Assembly (NCBI GenBank): GCA_002391225.1 | Contig: DGRV01000021.1 | Location: forward strand, 7,589-71,588 | DNA length: 64,000 nucleotides | Direction: 5' to 3' | From: Christensenella sp. UBA4379 | GTDB lineage: Bacteria > Bacillota > Clostridia > Christensenellales > Aristaeellaceae | Shown: piece by piece, positions 19,029-28,587 of the stretch | How the letters are laid out: the number at the start of each line of letters is the position of its first letter | How positions within the stretch are numbered: the stretch's first letter is position 1 | Notes under the pieces: generated by a model | What the model was told of the DNA's origin: nothing | Databases searched by the model: none | What the model saw: only the letters and a program-made list of their open reading frames with translations | Program-made: the position numbers and the translations under genes

Positions 19029-19955
19029 TCAGTTTTTTCCATAGGCCAGAGCAAGTTTTGCGTAGAGGTCCTCCAGGGTCATGCGGACGTCGATGCTGTC
19101 GTAGACGCGGATCAGTTTGCCGTTGGGGTTTTCCTGATAGGTCAGATCCTCTTTGATAATGGGCGCGTGCTCCATATGCCAGTTGCCTCTGAACTGGCTC
19201 ATCAGCAGGACGGCGATGGTGGTGTTGTCGCCCAGGACCCAGTTTTCGCCGGAGCGCAGCAGGAAATCGGGCCGGTACTCGACGTGGTTTTCCGCTTCCA
19301 GCTGCTCATAGAGGTAGCGGCCGATGGGACCGCAGGGGAAAACCCTGCTTTTGAGCTCGGCCAGGCTGACCTCCAGGGCGCAGTACACGCTCTGGTCGGT
19401 CTGCCAGATTTCCGCGGCGCTGCTGAGGACCGCGCGGGCGGCGTCCGGGTCCTGCATGACGTTGAACTCCTGCCGGCCTTTGGGGTAAGGCCCTCCGCCG
19501 TTCCAGAGCACCACCAGATTTTGAGCGATGTCCGGCGCACGGTTGAGGGCGGCGGCCACATTGGTCATGGCCCCCTGAACGGCGATGAACAGCTTTCCCT
19601 CTTTCCTGGCCTCCTGGATGATGAACCGCGCGCCCTCGCTCTCCGGCGCGTCCTCGATGGAACGCAGGGGAGACACGCAGCCGCGGAAAAAGGGAACGTC
19701 GTCCATGTCCGCAAGACGCAGCAGCTTTTCAATTTCGCCGTAGCTTGCCTCCATGGACCGGCAGGTATAGCCCGCCTTCTGTTCAAAATGCGTCGCGACG
19801 ATGCCCAGAACGTCGAACTTGGGTGTCAGCAAATGATGCATGATGGCAAACTGGTCGTCCGCTTCGTTTTTCGCGTCGGCGTCCACGATGAGGCGGACGC
19901 GGGAGGCGGGCGGCGGCGTAATGCCGATGCGGTTCAGGATTTCACGGCGTTTCAT
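19029..19955 (-). CDS. Inosine-uridine-preferring nucleoside hydrolase (IUNH) family protein
   Basis: N-terminal DADAKNEADD aspartate cluster resembles the DxDxxxDD motif. Confidence 0.7.
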   Translation of the reverse strand: MKRREILNRIGITPPPASRVRLIVDADAKNEADDQFAIMHHLLTPKFDVLGIVATHFEQKAGYTCRSMEASYGEIEKLLRLADMDDVPFFRGCVSPLRSIEDAPESEGARFIIQEARKEGKLFIAVQGAMTNVAAALNRAPDIAQNLVVLWNGGGPYPKGRQEFNVMQDPDAARAVLSSAAEIWQTDQSVYCALEVSLAELKSRVFPCGPIGRYLYEQLEAENHVEYRPDFLLRSGENWVLGDNTTIAVLLMSQFRGNWHMEHAPIIKEDLTYQENPNGKLIRVYDSIDVRMTLEDLYAKLALAYGKN

Positions 19956-19973
19956 GGAAAAACCCCCTTTTTG

Positions 19974-22190
19974 TCATTCGTCGGTATCGGGAATCTGGTT
20001 CAGCTCTGCGTTCAGGGCTTTGATGTCCAGTGCTTCATCCGCGTCCCGGCTTAAAATGCTCTTTAAAGCCAGCCCCAGGGGAATGACGTTCTTTTCCGTC
20101 ATGAACCTGACCAGGGCGGGGATGTAGCGCTCCAGGACGGCTTTTGTCTGCGGGTGGTCCAGCAGCTCCTGGGCGGTGTTCTGGATGGAGAAGAAGCCTT
20201 CCTTCCGCATGTCGTCGTCCGCCAGGAACCAGTTGCGGACGGGGCCGCCCGCCTCCTGGTCCGGCAGGCGGTAGCTTTCGTCCGGCGAAAGGACCCGGCG
20301 CCAGGAGGCGCTGTCTGTATATTCGCCCGCGACCGCTTCCACAAAGTTTTCGCCCATGGCCAGCGGCACGTCCTCAAACAGGACGGCGCCGTTTTTTGTT
20401 TGGGCTTCCCCGGAAAGCTTTCCGTTCACCCTGAGTCTCACCGACGGCTGGTTGGTGTAGCATTTTACTTGGATCTTCTCCTGAGCCCGGTTTTGAAAGC
20501 GGCTGGCACAGAGGTGCACAAAGGGTTCAACGGACCAGCGGGCCTTATAGTAATAAAAAGCGTCCTTCCTCGTCTTTCGGTCGTGGGAGACCAGTCCCTT
20601 GGCGTTGATGAAGCGCTGTCCGCCCTCGTTCCTTCTGCCGCTGGAAAAATCGAACATGTTCCACACGAAGCTGCCCCACAGCCAGGGCCGGGCTTCGATC
20701 TGAGGGTAAACCGTCTCATGCCAAAGGGCCTGGTATTCCTCCGAATAATCCTTGACCTTGGGCTCCTCCGCGTGCAGGGCCAGGTTCGCGTCTACCCCGT
20801 ATTCGCTGATGCCCAGGGGAAGCTTGGGGCGCGCCAGGTGGAAACGATCCAGATAGGGGCCGAAATCGTTCATTTCCCCGTAGTACCAGCCGAAGTACAC
20901 GTTATAGCCCACCAGATCGGTGATCTCGTTGAGCCTGCTGGACGCCTTGAGGGGATAGAGGTTGGCCGCAGCGGAAAAGCGGGTCCCGTCCAGGGCTTTT
21001 ACCAGCGCATGCAGCTGCCGGCAGTTTTCGTGCATGAAGGGCGCGTCCCGGAACATGGCGATCTCGTTCTGGATGCCGAAGCAGAAAACGGAGGGATGAT
21101 GGATGTTCTGCAAAATCAGCTCCGTCAGCTGCTGGGCGGCGTTTTCCATGAGTTTTGGGCTTTCCGTCATTTTGAGCATCGGGATCTCGGCCCAGCACAG
21201 CAGGCCCATTTCGTCGCAGCAGTCATAGGCGGCCTGGGGATGCTGGTAATGGGACAGACGGACGGCGTTGGCCCCGATTTCCCGGATCAGGGAAAAATCC
21301 TCCCGGATGTCCTCCGGGGATACGGCCGCGAATTTGCCCGCCCGGTCCTGATGCCGGGCGACGCCGTGAAGCGGATACGGCCTCCCGTTCAGCGTGAGGC
21401 CCTCCCCGCTGATGTCCACTCGGCGGAAGCCCGTGCGCACAGAAGTCTGATCCGCGACGCTTTGGCCCGCGTACAGCCGGGCGTCCAGGGTGTACAGATG
21501 GGCCTTCCTAAGGCCGTCCCACAGCTTCGGCGTATCGACGGTGAGGCGGACGTTTTCGTCCGGCCCTCCCTCCGCCGTGGCGGCCGTCCGTCCGTTTTCG
21601 TCCGTCAGCGTATAGACGATCCGGCAGCCTTGATCTTCACACACGGTATGGGGCTCCGCCTCCAGGATGCCCTGGCCTGCTTCGTCCAGGTGGGTGCGGA
21701 CAATCAGCCCGTCCGTGCCGTAATAACAGCAGTCAAAGCGGTTTTCTTCTTTGATCAGCAGGTCCGCGCCCCGGTACAGGCCGCCGAACACGGTAAAATC
21801 CCCGAAGGAGGGGGCGATCTCCTCGTTCAGGCTGTTTTCGGCGAATACCCGGACGGTCCACGTGGAATCATTCTGTACGGCCACGGGCACCGGCAGGCGG
21901 AAGCGGGAATAGCCGCCCCGGTGGCTCCCGGCGAAACAGCCGTTGACAAACACGCTCGCCTGCTGATCGGCCGCTTCAAAAGAAAGGAAGGCTTTTTTCC
22001 AGTTCGGGTCCCGGACGATGGTTTTTTCATAGACCGTAAGGCCCTGGTAGGGGTCGTCGTCGCTGTACCAGGTGTGGGGAAGGGAGACCTCCTCCCACCC
22101 GTCTTCTGGCAGGGCGTCGGGAAGACGGTCCAGCGTCCAGCCGGGAAGCTTTCTGAATTTCCAGGTCGGGTTTAGGGACAGTTTCTTCAT
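19974..22190 (-). CDS. GH2 beta-galactosidase/beta-glucuronidase family enzyme
   Basis: Start MKKLSLNPTWKF after GGAGGAAAAAGAG. HYQHP, IQNEI and FVWNMFDF motifs. Confidence 0.85.
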   Translation of the reverse strand: MKKLSLNPTWKFRKLPGWTLDRLPDALPEDGWEEVSLPHTWYSDDDPYQGLTVYEKTIVRDPNWKKAFLSFEAADQQASVFVNGCFAGSHRGGYSRFRLPVPVAVQNDSTWTVRVFAENSLNEEIAPSFGDFTVFGGLYRGADLLIKEENRFDCCYYGTDGLIVRTHLDEAGQGILEAEPHTVCEDQGCRIVYTLTDENGRTAATAEGGPDENVRLTVDTPKLWDGLRKAHLYTLDARLYAGQSVADQTSVRTGFRRVDISGEGLTLNGRPYPLHGVARHQDRAGKFAAVSPEDIREDFSLIREIGANAVRLSHYQHPQAAYDCCDEMGLLCWAEIPMLKMTESPKLMENAAQQLTELILQNIHHPSVFCFGIQNEIAMFRDAPFMHENCRQLHALVKALDGTRFSAAANLYPLKASSRLNEITDLVGYNVYFGWYYGEMNDFGPYLDRFHLARPKLPLGISEYGVDANLALHAEEPKVKDYSEEYQALWHETVYPQIEARPWLWGSFVWNMFDFSSGRRNEGGQRFINAKGLVSHDRKTRKDAFYYYKARWSVEPFVHLCASRFQNRAQEKIQVKCYTNQPSVRLRVNGKLSGEAQTKNGAVLFEDVPLAMGENFVEAVAGEYTDSASWRRVLSPDESYRLPDQEAGGPVRNWFLADDDMRKEGFFSIQNTAQELLDHPQTKAVLERYIPALVRFMTEKNVIPLGLALKSILSRDADEALDIKALNAELNQIPDTDE

Positions 22191-22207
22191 CTCTTTTTCC
22201 TCCGGCT

Positions 22208-23440
22208 TCATGGATTGTGCGCAGGCCGCGTGCTGATGGACTTTCTGTATTCGTTGGGGGACAGGCCGTTGACCTTTTTGAAGATGCGGGCAAAGTAGTT
22301 GGCGTCGGCAAAGCCGCACTTTTCGGCGACGGCCTGCATGGAAAGGCCGGTCTTTCGGAGGGATTCCTCCGCCCTTTTGACGCGGACCTGGTTGATATAA
22401 TCCGTCAGCGTCACGCCTACCTCCCTGTGAAAGCGGGAGGAAAGATAGTTTTTATTGACCGCGAACCGCGTAGCCAGGCTTTCCAGGTTCAGCGGCTCCA
22501 TATAATGGAAATCAATGTAGTTCAGGCAGCTGCGCACGGGGCCTGAATACCTTTCCAGCGAGTGCTTCTGCACCAGCAGACAGTAGTGGCGGATCATGAT
22601 GGGGATCAGGGCCGTCAGCTGCTCCATCGTATCCGCCTTTTCAATTTCAATGATAAACTTTCCGCTGATGGCGTCGATAAACAGTGGATGGACGGCGGCC
22701 TGCTCGATGGCCTTGCGGTAGGCGGTGTTGACGGAGACGAGCATGTATTTGGCGTCCTGCAATGGGTCGTCGATCCGCCGGTCCAGCTGAAAACCCATGA
22801 ACAGGTTCTGCTGGTAAATGGCTTCGGAAAAATCCCCCCGGCGGATGGCTTCCAGCATGGCGTTTTCGACGGCATAGCGCGCCTCTACGGAGGTGTAGGG
22901 AATGGAGGACAGGGAAAGGGACGGCTTTTGTTTCACCGCTTCCGGGTGGTCGAAGGTGATTGCCTTGATGTCCAGGTCCGGGTTGGCCAGATAGCGGGAC
23001 AAAAGGCTTGAAAACATGTGCTGCCAGCCCAGATAATCCTGAATCACCGGGATGCGCTTAAAATACCAGCGGACCGCCTCGATGGAATCTTCGGGAAGGG
23101 AGTGCCGGCGGATCAGGCGCTCATAATCTTCCTCCCCGTAGGCGCGGTAGGTAAAGGGCCCGCAGAAGGCATAGACGCCCTCCTCTTCGCCGCGCCGCCT
23201 GAAGACCAGGTAATGAAGCCCGAAATCATCCTTGTAATCGACGGCGCCGTCCTCGGGCACCAGATCCATCATGGAGACGGCGAAGCGGACGTAATCAAAA
23301 TCCTCATACAGCCGGTCCCGAAAAAGAAAATCCAGCTCCGAAGCCTCCGGCCGCGAGCACTGCCGGGGCAAAGGCAGAAACTGCACCCGGTAAGCGCCCA
23401 GTATATCCCGGAAAATATCCCGTAAATCCATCATGACCAT
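22208..23440 (-). CDS. AraC-family transcriptional regulator
   Basis: C-terminal double HTH (LESLATRFAVNKNYLSSRF...AEKCGFADANYFARIFKK). Confidence 0.85.
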   Translation of the reverse strand: MVMMDLRDIFRDILGAYRVQFLPLPRQCSRPEASELDFLFRDRLYEDFDYVRFAVSMMDLVPEDGAVDYKDDFGLHYLVFRRRGEEEGVYAFCGPFTYRAYGEEDYERLIRRHSLPEDSIEAVRWYFKRIPVIQDYLGWQHMFSSLLSRYLANPDLDIKAITFDHPEAVKQKPSLSLSSIPYTSVEARYAVENAMLEAIRRGDFSEAIYQQNLFMGFQLDRRIDDPLQDAKYMLVSVNTAYRKAIEQAAVHPLFIDAISGKFIIEIEKADTMEQLTALIPIMIRHYCLLVQKHSLERYSGPVRSCLNYIDFHYMEPLNLESLATRFAVNKNYLSSRFHREVGVTLTDYINQVRVKRAEESLRKTGLSMQAVAEKCGFADANYFARIFKKVNGLSPNEYRKSISTRPAHNP

Positions 23441-23491
23441 AGGATTTCCTCACTCCATACACTCTTCCAGATGAACGTAATCCTAAAATAA

Positions 23492-23531
23492 CACAATATT
23501 CTTTATAAATCAATACGATGTGAATATTGTG
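23492..23531. promoter_or_regulatory. 10-bp perfect inverted repeat in the AraC/ABC divergent control region
   Basis: CACAATATTC ... GAATATTGTG separated by 20 nt. The direct repeat TTATCGG occurs twice just downstream. Confidence 0.4.
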
Positions 23532-23667
23532 CTATTATCGGTGAATTCCGTATGTGTTATCGGGGAATAAACTGTGATATATTGTACATGGCAAAAAGAT
23601 CAGCGTCTCCACGTTTCGTCAATGAACAACAATCCGGCGACTGAAAAAAAGAAACGAGTTGGTGCAG

Positions 23668-25172
23668 ATGGAAAAGGAAATCATTTTTGAAGCAAAGCAC
23701 ATGCGCAAGGAATTCGGCCCGACGGTTGCTTTGAAGGACGTGGATTTTACCCTCCGCAGGGGAGAAATCCGCGGTCTGGTGGGCGAAAACGGCTCGGGCA
23801 AATCCACCATCATGTCCATTGCTTCGGGTATGCAACCCGCTACCAAGGGCGAAATGTTTTACAAGGGCCAGCCCTGGAAGCCCAGCAACATGGTCGAGGC
23901 CCAGGACGCGGGCATTTCCATGATCCTGCAGGAGGCCAACACCATTCCCGGGGTCACGGTGGCGCAGAATATTTTTTCCGGCCACGAAGCGGAATTCTCC
24001 AAATTCGGCGTGATCAACATGCTGAAGATGAAGAAGGAAGCCCAGAAGGTGCTGGAAAGCTTCGGCATCGGCCACATCAAGGCCGGCGACCCGATTGACC
24101 AGTATACCTTTGAAGACAGGAAGCTCGTCGAGCTGGTGCGCTGCGTCACCGACAAGACCGAGATCCTGGTGGTGGACGAAACCACCACGGCCCTGTCGCT
24201 GGAAGGCCGCGAGATCCTGTATAAGCTGATCCACAAGATGGCGGACCAGGGTAAGGGCATCGTCTTTGTTTCCCACGATATGGACGAGATTCTGGAGCAG
24301 TGCACGGACCTGACGGTGCTGCGGGACGGCGACATTATCGGCCATCTGAACCGGCAGGAAATGGACGCGCCCGACGCTGTCAAAACCATCCGCTATATGA
24401 TGGTGGGCCGCGAGATCGGCGACAAGTATTACCGCGAGGATTACGATACCAGCCACTTGGACGAAGTGGCGCTGGAGCTCAGGGACGTCTCCCTGGGGAA
24501 GATCCGTCACTTTAACCTCAAGCTCCACAAGGGAGAAATCATCGGCATGGGCGGCCTTTCCGGCTGCGGGATGCACGACATCGGCCGCATCGCCTACGGG
24601 CTGGAAAAGCTCGAGGGCGGCCAGGTGCTCAGGAACGGCAAGGAGATCAAGACCCCCTGCAGGCCATCAACAGCGGCATCGGCTATATCTCCAAGAACCG
24701 CGATTCCGAGGCCCTGATCCTGAACGGCCCCATCCAGGACAACATCGTCCTTCCCTCCATCCCGGCGCTGGAGCATCATACCTTCATCAGCCCCCGGGCG
24801 GAAAAGAAGCTCAGCGACGTCGAAATCGGCAATTACCGCATCAAATGCCACGGCGGCAAGCAGTACGTGAACACCCTGTCCGGCGGCAATAAGCAGAAGG
24901 TTTCCTTCGGCAAGTGGACGGCCAAGGGCAGCGAGGTCATCATCATGGACTGCCCCACCCGCGGCGTGGACATCGGCGTCAAGCAGGCCATGTACACCCT
25001 GATTGAGGACATGAAGAAGGAAGGCCGCGCCATCCTGATGATCTCCGAGGAGCTCAGCGAGCTCATCGGCATGGCGGACCGGCTGATCATCATGAAGGAC
25101 TTTGAAGTGACCCACCAGGTGGAGCGCCATCCCGACCTCAAGCAGACCGACCTGATTGAGTACATGATTTAA
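23668..25172 (+). pseudogene. Sugar ABC transporter ATP-binding protein (two fused NBDs, RbsA/MglA type) interrupted by a frameshift
   Basis: NBD1 has GENGSGKST. The frame changes after ...NGKEIK at the C5 run 24653-24657. The other frame continues DPLQAINSGIGYISKNR...LSGGNKQKV... Confidence 0.8.
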
Positions 25173-25182
25173 GGAGGGCCCT

Positions 25183-26178
25183 ATGACTGCGATTGCACAA
25201 GAAAAAGAAAAGCAAAGCCTGCAGCAGTGGCTGAAAAAGCACGGCTCCTCCGTGGCCTCCGTCGGCGGTCTGCTGTTCTGCGTGATCTTCTTCACCATCA
25301 CCACCGGGCTCAAGGGCGAAAGCATCTGGAGCGCCAGCAAGCTGTCCACCCTGATCGGCGACGTCATCGTGACCGCCCTGATGGCCGTGGGCGCGGTGTT
25401 CATCTACTCCCTGGGCAACATGGACGTGAGCATCGGCAAGCAGGTGGGCCTGTACAGTACCCTGCTGGTCATCATCGGAAACGCCACCGGCTCCCTGCTG
25501 GTCGCGATCCTGGTCTGCCTGGTGATCGCTGTGGTTATCGGCATCGTCAACGGCTCGGCCGGAGAGCTGTTGCACATGTACTCGGTCATCTCGTCCGTCG
25601 TTTTCATGATGGTGCTTTCCGGCATCAGCACCATTATCTATTCCAACCTGGGCACCCGCAACATATCGATGAACCCCGGCATCGACCTGACGCTGTTTCG
25701 GCAGCCCTGGTTCATGGTGCTGGTGCTGGTCATCGAGACCGCGGTGATCGGCTATTTCTTCTACTTTACCAAGTTCGGCAAGTACGCCCGGGCCATCGGT
25801 GCTAACCAGACCGCCACCTCCCAGAGCGGGGTCAACATCATCCTGTACCGGGTCATTCCCTACATTTTCCTGGCGTTCTGTCTGGTGACGGCGTCCCTGT
25901 TCCAGATGGGCTATACGGGCGCCGCCAGCGACGCCACCGGCACCGGCTTTGAAATGAACGTGATGGTCTCCCTGATCCTGGGCGGCATGCCGCTAAAGGG
26001 CGGCATGAAGTCCCGCCTGTCCTGCGCCATCATCGGTTCTCTTACCTACTCCCTGCTGGCGGTGGGCCTGCCCATCATCGGCGTACCCACCCGGCTGACC
26101 TTCCTGATCAAGGCCGCCATCTTCCTGATCGTGGTGCTGATCACCTGCCGGCAGAAGAACGGCGTGCTGCCTCGGTAA
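25183..26178 (+). CDS. Sugar ABC transporter permease (RbsC/AraH type)
   Basis: Polytopic hydrophobic protein of 331 aa with the family-typical GANQTATSQSGVN loop. Confidence 0.85.
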   Translation: MTAIAQEKEKQSLQQWLKKHGSSVASVGGLLFCVIFFTITTGLKGESIWSASKLSTLIGDVIVTALMAVGAVFIYSLGNMDVSIGKQVGLYSTLLVIIGNATGSLLVAILVCLVIAVVIGIVNGSAGELLHMYSVISSVVFMMVLSGISTIIYSNLGTRNISMNPGIDLTLFRQPWFMVLVLVIETAVIGYFFYFTKFGKYARAIGANQTATSQSGVNIILYRVIPYIFLAFCLVTASLFQMGYTGAASDATGTGFEMNVMVSLILGGMPLKGGMKSRLSCAIIGSLTYSLLAVGLPIIGVPTRLTFLIKAAIFLIVVLITCRQKNGVLPR

Positions 26179-26241
26179 CATATCCCTGGTATTGTACAGG
26201 CCATTGCCTGTCCATATAACAACCTAAAGGAGGAAATTTCC

Positions 26242-27426
26242 GTGAAGAAACTGATTGCTGTCGTTTTGTCTCTGGTCATGCTCCTGAGCATCGCCGTGCT
26301 GCCCGCATCCGCCGAAGGCAAGGGCAAGATCCTGTACCTGTCCAACCTGAACAGCGGCGCGCAGTACGAGTTCTATGTCGCCTACCTGAACATGATGGCC
26401 AAGGAACTGGGCTACACCGTTGAAATCGTCTACGGCGATACCTTCAACGACCCCGCCGGCAACTTAAAGAACGTCAAGAACGCCTACACCTCCGACGTGG
26501 TGGGCCTGATCTCCTGCATGGACGGCGGCCTGATCAACATCATGGAAGAATATCCGGACCTGTGGGTCGTCGGCTTCTTCTCTGACTTTGACGCCGTCTA
26601 CACCAAGGACGAAAGCGGCGCTTACACCGGCACCAGCGCGGCCGTGCTGGACAAGGATCACTACCTGGGCCTGATGGGCGATAACTACATCAGCGGCATC
26701 ACCCTGGGTGAAGCCTATGCCCAGGAAGTCATCGACCGCGGCTTCAAGCGCGTGGCCACCTGCATCTTCCCCGCCTACGCGTACCCGAAGCACACCGTGG
26801 CGGACGCCGGCTTCCGCGCCTACATCGCCAAGTACAACGAGACCGCCGCGGAACCCATCGAAGTGGTCGGCGACGCGACCGTGCTGAACTTCTCCCCCCT
26901 GGAAACCAACTACTTCTTTGAAGACGGCCACGACAATCTGGACTGCATCGTGGGCTTCTGCGCCGGCACCACCTTCGTTTATCCCACCGTGGTCGAAGCC
27001 AAGGCCATGGGCATCTGCCGCGAAGACATGCAGATCATCACCGGCGGCTTTGACAACGACCCCGACCTGATGGCCGACTGCGGCGACGACAAGAACATCA
27101 TCCGTCTGACCACCGCTGCCTTTGAAAGCATCATCTGGCCCATGGCCCTGATCGACGCCGCCATCTCCGGCCACATGTACAAGGACTACCCCGGCAACAA
27201 GTCCCAGCTGGATTCCGGCATCATGGTGATCAACAGCACCGAAAAGTTTGAGGCCGTTATCAACAATTCTCCCATGGGCGCCACCAACGACGCCGACCGT
27301 CTGGGCAAGGCCCAGGCCAGCTGGGAGGATATGAAGAACTACTTCACCAGCGTGAACCCCGACGCCAGCTACCAAGCCCTGACCGAATACTGCCAGAGCT
27401 TTGCGGTGGAAGGCTACATGAAGTAA
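26242..27426 (+). CDS. Sugar ABC transporter substrate-binding protein (type I PBP), secreted
   Basis: GTG start after GGAGGAAA. Signal peptide LSLVMLLSIAVLPASAEG. Confidence 0.8.
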   Translation: MKKLIAVVLSLVMLLSIAVLPASAEGKGKILYLSNLNSGAQYEFYVAYLNMMAKELGYTVEIVYGDTFNDPAGNLKNVKNAYTSDVVGLISCMDGGLINIMEEYPDLWVVGFFSDFDAVYTKDESGAYTGTSAAVLDKDHYLGLMGDNYISGITLGEAYAQEVIDRGFKRVATCIFPAYAYPKHTVADAGFRAYIAKYNETAAEPIEVVGDATVLNFSPLETNYFFEDGHDNLDCIVGFCAGTTFVYPTVVEAKAMGICREDMQIITGGFDNDPDLMADCGDDKNIIRLTTAAFESIIWPMALIDAAISGHMYKDYPGNKSQLDSGIMVINSTEKFEAVINNSPMGATNDADRLGKAQASWEDMKNYFTSVNPDASYQALTEYCQSFAVEGYMK

Positions 27427-27443
27427 TCCCTCGCGTTTCCGCC

Positions 27444-27469
27444 CTCCCGGGAGACCCGTCTCCCGGGAG
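27444..27469 (+). other. Strong hairpin with no T-run between the binding-protein and permease genes
   Basis: A 12-bp perfect stem, CTCCCGGGAGAC / GTCTCCCGGGAG. Confidence 0.6.
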
Positions 27470-27502
27470 AGGCACCCCACTTGCTTTACGGAGGCAGATC
27501 CC

Positions 27503-28510
27503 ATGAAAAAAGCATTGAGCATTCTCAAGCGCGTCGCGGGGACGCTGATGCTGCCCGTGATCATGTTTGTGATCATGAAAATCCTGTGCAATGCCAATGG
27601 CAAGAAATTCCTGGAAAACATGGCCATGTGGAAGGTGCTGATTCCCCAGGTGGCCGTATCGGTGGCCTGCGCCATGGGCATCGGCCTCCAGTTCAAAAAC
27701 GGACGCTTTGACTTTTCCGGCGGCTCCATCATGCTGGTTTCGGCCATCGTGGCGGGCAGCATCGCCCGCGACTCTGGCACGGGCAGCCCGATGCTCTTCT
27801 GCGTCATCGCCGTGGGCATGTGCGTGCTGCTCAGCGTGGGCGTGGCCCTGGTCTATGTGTACGGCCGCCTGCCCATCATGATCGCCACCATCGGCATGGC
27901 CCTGCTGTACGAATCTGTCACCCCGCTGATTTTCGGCGGCGGCGGCGTGAACCTGGTCTCGGTCAAGTTCATCAAGCAGCTCTCCGCCTATCCCACGGTG
28001 CTGATTCCCTTTGCCTGTGCGGTAGCGGTATACGCCGTCTACAATTACGTCGCCACCACCGGCAAGCAGAGCGTGCTGCTGGCCAAAAACCAGCAGGCGG
28101 CCGTCAACATCGGCGTGAATGAAAACAAGAACGTCATCTTAAGCTATGTCTACAGCGGCCTGATCTTCGGCTTTGCCACCATCATCTGGGCCTCCCTGGG
28201 CAAGCGGGACGCCAGCTTCTCTTCCTTAAGCACGGTGGGCGAGCTGTTCTCCAACATCCTGCCCGTGTTTGTGGGCCTGTACATCGGCGCCTTCTGCGGG
28301 GACACCATCGGCATCATCATGGGCTCCCTGGCCATCTGCATGATGAAAACCGGACTTACGACCCTGTTTAAGGCCGAGCTGGGCGGCGCCATTTCCACCG
28401 CCATGATGGGCCTGTTCGTCTTCATCGTGAACCTGGTGGCTGGCCAGAGCGGCAACCTCAAAAAGCTGGCGGGCAAGCTCTTTGCCCGGCACGAGCCGGT
28501 CAAGGCATAA
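27503..28510 (+). CDS. Second sugar ABC transporter permease
   Basis: Polytopic hydrophobic protein of 335 aa with NQQAAVNIGVN loop. Confidence 0.85.
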   Translation: MKKALSILKRVAGTLMLPVIMFVIMKILCNANGKKFLENMAMWKVLIPQVAVSVACAMGIGLQFKNGRFDFSGGSIMLVSAIVAGSIARDSGTGSPMLFCVIAVGMCVLLSVGVALVYVYGRLPIMIATIGMALLYESVTPLIFGGGGVNLVSVKFIKQLSAYPTVLIPFACAVAVYAVYNYVATTGKQSVLLAKNQQAAVNIGVNENKNVILSYVYSGLIFGFATIIWASLGKRDASFSSLSTVGELFSNILPVFVGLYIGAFCGDTIGIIMGSLAICMMKTGLTTLFKAELGGAISTAMMGLFVFIVNLVAGQSGNLKKLAGKLFARHEPVKA

Positions 28511-28532
28511 ACTCTCTTCATTTTTCCACCTG

Positions 28533-28572
28533 ATGGCGGGCGATGGCGTGAACGCCGCGTCCGCCATTTTTT
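28533..28572 (+). terminator. Intrinsic terminator ending the ABC transporter operon
   Basis: ATGGCGG ... CCGCCAT stem with inner GGCG/CGCC pairing, followed by TTTTTT. Confidence 0.8.
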
Positions 28573-28587
28573 GAAAGGAAGCGCGTC

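Noticed and set aside
23474-23488. The 15-mer AACGTAATCCTAAAA is shared between the AraC upstream region (23474..23488) and the membrane-protein upstream region (41970..41984).
   Set aside because: In a 64-kb window read on both strands, a few exact 15-mer coincidences are expected by chance. The flanks do not extend the match and there is no palindromic or promoter logic.
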